Shown here piece by piece: positions 59,328 through 64,000 of a stretch of DNA of 64,000 nt. The stretch is taken from IMG/VR virus record IMGVR_UViG_3300019752_000005, positions 1-64,000 of that record; one strand, 5' to 3'. Each line of letters opens with the position of its first letter. The first letter of the stretch is position 1. Source of the stretch: a virus. The notes beneath the pieces were generated by a model. That model was not told where the DNA came from and did not search any database. It saw only the letters and a program-made list of their open reading frames with translations. The translations under genes were made by a program, and so were the position numbers.

Positions 59328-60812
59328 ATGAGCATAGAATATGATATAGAAAGTCCTGAGTACGCAGCGCATAAGAAAAATTGGATTATAACCCAAGACT
59401 TAATGGGCGGTACTCCAGTTATGCGTGAAAAAGGAGAAGAATACCTATTTAAAAATGAAAAAGAAGGTGAAAAAAAATATAGACATAGATTAGAAAGTTC
59501 TACATTATACAATGCTTATCGCTCAACATCAATTAGGCTTATTGGTCAAATACTGCATGATAGGATTATGATAGATGATAGCTCAACAAATGAATTCAAA
59601 GAGTGGATGAAGAACGTTGACAGGCAAGGTAATGATATTAACATGTTTGCCAAGCAAATCTGCTATGACGCTTATCATTTTGGTGTGGCTCATATATTCA
59701 CAGAAATGCCTGATAAAAGTAAACTAGAAAAAGAGTATGATGATGCTGGTATTCCTTATACAATGCAAACCGATATTGAACATGGGATAAAGCCATATCT
59801 ATGCAGGGTATCCCCCATGAATGTTTTAGCAATTAGATTTGATACTAAATTTGGCGTTAAGGAGCCTTACTATGTTAGAACAATAGAAAGAAATCAAATT
59901 GAAGATGAAGAAAACCCACTAGTAACTATTGAACAAAAAGTAGTTAGAGAGTTTAGAAGAGGGGTATTGGTTACCCATACAAAAACAGGCGATGGGCAAT
60001 GGGAATCTAAAACAAGGAATAATTATAAGAAAAGAATACCGATTACCACGCTTTATTTTAGACAGGATGGGGATGGTTACGGAAGACCTGTAGCTGAGGA
60101 TCAGGCTTATGATAACGTTAAGCATTGGCAAATACAAAGTGACACTGAAAACTCCGCAAGATTTAGCAGGTTCCCTATGCTGTCAGTTATTGGTGTTGAT
60201 AAGAGTGAAATAGATCAATTTAAGGTTATTAGTCCAGATAAGGTATATACAACTTCACAGAAGGATGCAAAAATTGGATATATTGAATCTAGGGGTGAAG
60301 CTATTAGTATTGGTGAAAAACAGTTAGAACGCCTTGAAAGACAAATGGACGCAATGGGTACACAATTACTCATGCCTACATCAGGTAAAATGACAGCTAC
60401 AGAAGCCGCTATTAAGAACGCAGGTTCTCAAGCCACAATAAACTCCCTGATACTTGTTTTAGAGTCAGCATTAAATCACGCGCTAGGGCTTGCAGATACA
60501 TGGTATACCACCACCATAAACACCTATAAAGGTTCTATAACATTGTCATTAGACGCACAATTTGAAGAATCAAAACCAGATCCACAGCTATTATTAGCAT
60601 TACATAAGCTTGCAGGGGAGTTAAGTATATTTAGTCCAGAAGCAGTGGCTGAAATAATTAAATCTTTATACGATTGGCTACCAGAACAAAGTGCAGAAGA
60701 TATTGTTGCTGATGCAGAGGATACATCCAATGATGTTGGAATGGAATCTTTACCAGAAGGCGAAGATTTAGATGAACTTATTGATGATGAGCTGGACGAG
60801 GAAGAAGATTAG
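59328..60812 (+). CDS. portal protein (DUF4055-like)
   Basis: W....DLMGGT..MR..GE.YL....E....Y..RL, NVD..G, TATEA, acidic tail. Confidence 0.85.
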   Translation: MSIEYDIESPEYAAHKKNWIITQDLMGGTPVMREKGEEYLFKNEKEGEKKYRHRLESSTLYNAYRSTSIRLIGQILHDRIMIDDSSTNEFKEWMKNVDRQGNDINMFAKQICYDAYHFGVAHIFTEMPDKSKLEKEYDDAGIPYTMQTDIEHGIKPYLCRVSPMNVLAIRFDTKFGVKEPYYVRTIERNQIEDEENPLVTIEQKVVREFRRGVLVTHTKTGDGQWESKTRNNYKKRIPITTLYFRQDGDGYGRPVAEDQAYDNVKHWQIQSDTENSARFSRFPMLSVIGVDKSEIDQFKVISPDKVYTTSQKDAKIGYIESRGEAISIGEKQLERLERQMDAMGTQLLMPTSGKMTATEAAIKNAGSQATINSLILVLESALNHALGLADTWYTTTINTYKGSITLSLDAQFEESKPDPQLLLALHKLAGELSIFSPEAVAEIIKSLYDWLPEQSAEDIVADAEDTSNDVGMESLPEGEDLDELIDDELDEEED

Positions 60813-60852
60813 ATAGTTATTAATGAGAGGGTTGCCAGCCCTCCATATTTAA

Positions 60853-61317
60853 TTAATCCCTGCACTGATAGTTTTTCATGTGATCTTCTTCACATAGTTG
60901 ATGGTAGTTGTCATAGGTTTCATTAATAATGCCATTCAACCCATAAAAATCAGATACATCCCCACAAATATCGTGGTAACTTTCCTCTATTTCATCAACA
61001 TAAGCCTGTACTACTGAGCTAATTTTTGTTGCAGAAATTGTATCAAACATTATCGATACATTTGTATCATCATGGTATTTTTGTGTTGAAATTGCAAGTT
61101 TTTTTGCGATATCTTCAGGTGACTCGCATTTAGATCCAATAATGAAAATAGGGTCAAAACCACCCTTGCATAATTCACTTACCGCGTTATCAAAGTCAGA
61201 TTCATCCCCTTCTGTATCACAGAACAAACACTCCAAGTCCTCTAAACTATTAATACTAATGTTTTCATACTGAGATAAATCAACTTCTTTTGCTGTGTTG
61301 TATTCTAATCTGAGCAT
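60853..61317 (-). CDS. acidic hypothetical protein
   Basis: ORF with TTGACT-18-TATAAT promoter at 61355-61384. Confidence 0.5.
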   Translation of the reverse strand: MLRLEYNTAKEVDLSQYENISINSLEDLECLFCDTEGDESDFDNAVSELCKGGFDPIFIIGSKCESPEDIAKKLAISTQKYHDDTNVSIMFDTISATKISSVVQAYVDEIEESYHDICGDVSDFYGLNGIINETYDNYHQLCEEDHMKNYQCRD

Positions 61318-61384
61318 ATCTATTTACCTATATGGTGTTGTTATGTATGTGATAATTATAAATGAACACAGCAAGTAAAGTCAA

Positions 61385-61888
61385 TTATTTATTTGGAATA
61401 AACACATACTCTTTTACTTCAAATAAACCATTATCATTCATATCCAGTACAACATCCTTAATAACCCCTTTTTCAAAATTAACCAATGGGATATAAAGCT
61501 TTTCTGAAGAAAAAACAGGTTTATAATCACTAATTATTTCGAATTTAGAGTAGGTTTGATGTTTATATCCAAATGATGCTGGATTATACGTTCCTTCTCT
61601 TGTTGTTGGGTCAAATATAAAGTTAACCCAGCACTTAGTTATATCTGTGTTGGCTGGACACCTCTGATTTAAAGCAAATATATTTAAATCACCATCATTA
61701 TTAATTGTTCCCTCCCATACATAGTCTTCACTGTAAATTGTGTTACCAGAAGACTTTGTAAACTCTATCTCTTGAGTGCTGAATATATCGTACTCAATCT
61801 TTAACGTCGTATTTGCATAATCATTAATATCCGCTGCTGATAATGCTGTGGAAGTTAATAATAATCCTGTTGCTAATAATTTTTTCAT
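61385..61888 (-). CDS. secreted protein
   Basis: signal peptide MKKLLATGLLLTSTALSA. Confidence 0.6.
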   Translation of the reverse strand: MKKLLATGLLLTSTALSAADINDYANTTLKIEYDIFSTQEIEFTKSSGNTIYSEDYVWEGTINNDGDLNIFALNQRCPANTDITKCWVNFIFDPTTREGTYNPASFGYKHQTYSKFEIISDYKPVFSSEKLYIPLVNFEKGVIKDVVLDMNDNGLFEVKEYVFIPNK

Positions 61889-61899
61889 ATTCGTATTCC

Positions 61900-63959
61900 T
61901 TAGTAGTTATGGTTTAAATTGTCATTAATTAAAATATTTGGCGTTTTTTTATCACCAAAAGTTATTGCAGCTATATTATCGCTATTACTTAGCGCGTCAC
62001 TCTTATATCCAACATAGAATCCGCGCCGAGAAAATCCAACAATAAAGCTATCTTTTTTATCCCCATCGAATAAAATTTCATATAAATCATATACTAAACT
62101 TACATCTATTTTATCTAATATGTTATCAGTTTTAAATGTACAGCTATCAAGAACAAAAGATAACTTTCCATTCCTTTCAACTGCACACAAGATATCATCT
62201 CGATTAATGATCGTCTCAATATTTGATGCAGGTATTTCATTTTTAACTGATAGTGTTATCTTGCATTTCAAACCAAGTTTAGTGCCGTATTCAATCAAGC
62301 TTGATTTCTTAAATCTAACCTCAATACCAAAGATTAAAACACAAAATAACGTTTTAGTTTCTCTATTTATTCTACCCACTGTTGAAATGTAAGGATTGGA
62401 AACCCTTACGTGTTGACCAACTTTAATCATTACTTTACCACTCATGTTTTTTTATTGCTAATAATTAACATGATACATGTGTAGGGGGCTTAAAGCAAGC
62501 TGGGGGTACTTTCCTAAATATCAATCTACTGTTATCTTTATCTGAACTCTTTAGTGTATTTATTTTATGCACGATCATACCCTCCACACTCTCATGCAAG
62601 AGAAATAAATTAACAAAAATAAATATTATCAATAATAATCGCATTTACTAAAGCAGATTGTATTACCATCTAATACAGAAACATCATAGCCACCCAGAAC
62701 ACCTATGAACTTACAATCAACTAATGTGTGATGGGCGGTTGTTATTTTTCTTGTGTACGGATAATTCCTGCAAAGATAGAAAAATAACTCCATTGTTAAT
62801 TTTTTATATAAAACAAAAATATCTTCAGATATATCATTATTCAACCCTACTAACTCATGATAGGTTGATAATAATTTAGCGCAAACTTCCATTAATGTTT
62901 CTAAATAATCCATCTCATGCAGATTCATAATAACACAGCCTTTTAAAACGGCTTTCCTACACTTAATTTTGTATCCTGATGAAACTCGCATCTTATTCTT
63001 TCCACAGAAAAGAATTTATCATTTGATTCAATGCATCGCCTAATTATTGAGCCACCCTGTGGAAAATCTGTGTTAGATATTAATAGTTTATCATTAACTT
63101 TAATCATTTTATCTCTTTTTAACTTGTGAAACGGCACTTAGTGTGTGCCGTTTTAGTTTTTTGATTACACCCTAACTAAGAATAAAGTAGCGAATCCGCT
63201 ACACTTAAAAACCCCAAATTCGCCAATTTTACCAATATAATCACCTTGCACACCACCATAATTAAAAGTGATGGTGGTTACATCGCATTTATCCCCAATA
63301 ACTATTTTATCTAAAGGAAACCATTTTAACATTTTACGATAAACGCTAAATACCATTGTGCGGTATTTCTTAAGTAATTCATCACGCTTAATGCGAACAG
63401 ATAAGTGATAATCAATTTCCCAGTCATATTCAAATTTAGGCGGGTTTTGCAATGATTTATTGGAATATTCCAACTCTTTATATAGCTTCTCACACCCTTT
63501 GATATCTTGCTGTAAATCTTGGATGGTATACTTAAGGTGATATTTATTGCTGTCCTTATTTAGTACATTAAGAACAGCGTTATCTATGCCCCCTTTGATA
63601 TCTACATCCACACCCCATTTAGCAGCTTTTCTAGGAAAACTATGTGGTGCTAAATCATCTGTCTCAGGAACTTTTAACATCAGTTTTTCTTTGCGAGATT
63701 TAAAATAATCTATAATAGATTTAATCTCTTTCAATAACCCTTCCATCTCACGCTGTCTAACAATATTGGTATCACATCGATCTTCAACAGATGTTTTTAA
63801 CAAACTATCTCTCCAATCATCAGCCATTTTAACCTCTAAACGAATACTTTTACCACTATTTAGCTCATGATTAACCCACTTCTTTCTATCCTCTTCCACA
63901 TCCTTCATGGCTTGACGTGCAGCTTTTGAAACACCATTTTCTTTACCAGCTACAGGCAC
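61900..63959 (-). CDS. hypothetical proteins (61900-62445, 62629-62991, 62943-63137, 63165-63959)
   Basis: co-oriented ORFs. Confidence 0.45.
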
Positions 63960-64000
63960 CTTAATACAACATTGATAGCACCAACTGTGCGGATTAGGAA

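Noticed and set aside
59277-59396. N-terminal extension of the exonuclease ORF
   Set aside because: Overlaps the divergent portal gene; the RBS supports the start at 59276
1-64000. Alternative genetic code
   Set aside because: Conserved genes are full length under the standard code, and TAA, TAG and TGA are all used as stops

Overview
AT-rich (roughly one third GC by eye), gene-dense segment of a large tailed dsDNA bacteriophage genome. It carries packaging and virion genes (TerL, a candidate TerS, portal, neck and head-closure-like proteins) that are scattered rather than clustered. It also carries a replication/recombination block (primase-helicase, Toprim protein, SF2 helicase, Sak4-like ATPase, SSB-like protein, DnaN clamp, two RecD-like helicases, RusA-like resolvase), nucleotide metabolism genes (nrdJ, thyA, folA, dut, dNMP kinase), and host-conflict genes (rtcB, Dam-like methylase, Fic/Doc, AbiEi-like, ProQ/FinO-like). 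The standout element is a compact, translationally coupled type I-D Cascade operon (cas6-cas10d-cas7d-cas5d, 6444-11248). Its Cas10d appears to have lost the HD nuclease motif but keeps an internal RBS/ATG for Cas11d. No cas3', cas1/cas2, Tn7 genes or multi-unit CRISPR array are visible in the window. The operon is followed by small membrane ORFs and a RecD-like helicase. A single I-D-like repeat candidate with an inverted partial copy and a Fur box lies at 175-273. Other unexplained signals: a dense TGGAA/TTCCA field (~30100-31065) beside an operon encoding a muralytic enzyme and a membrane-anchored HTH protein, a dispersed CCAGCTTGCTTT motif, a candidate late-promoter motif CTATATTTTA, and a G10-frameshifted membrane gene. 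All protein calls come from motif recognition by eye; no database searches were run.
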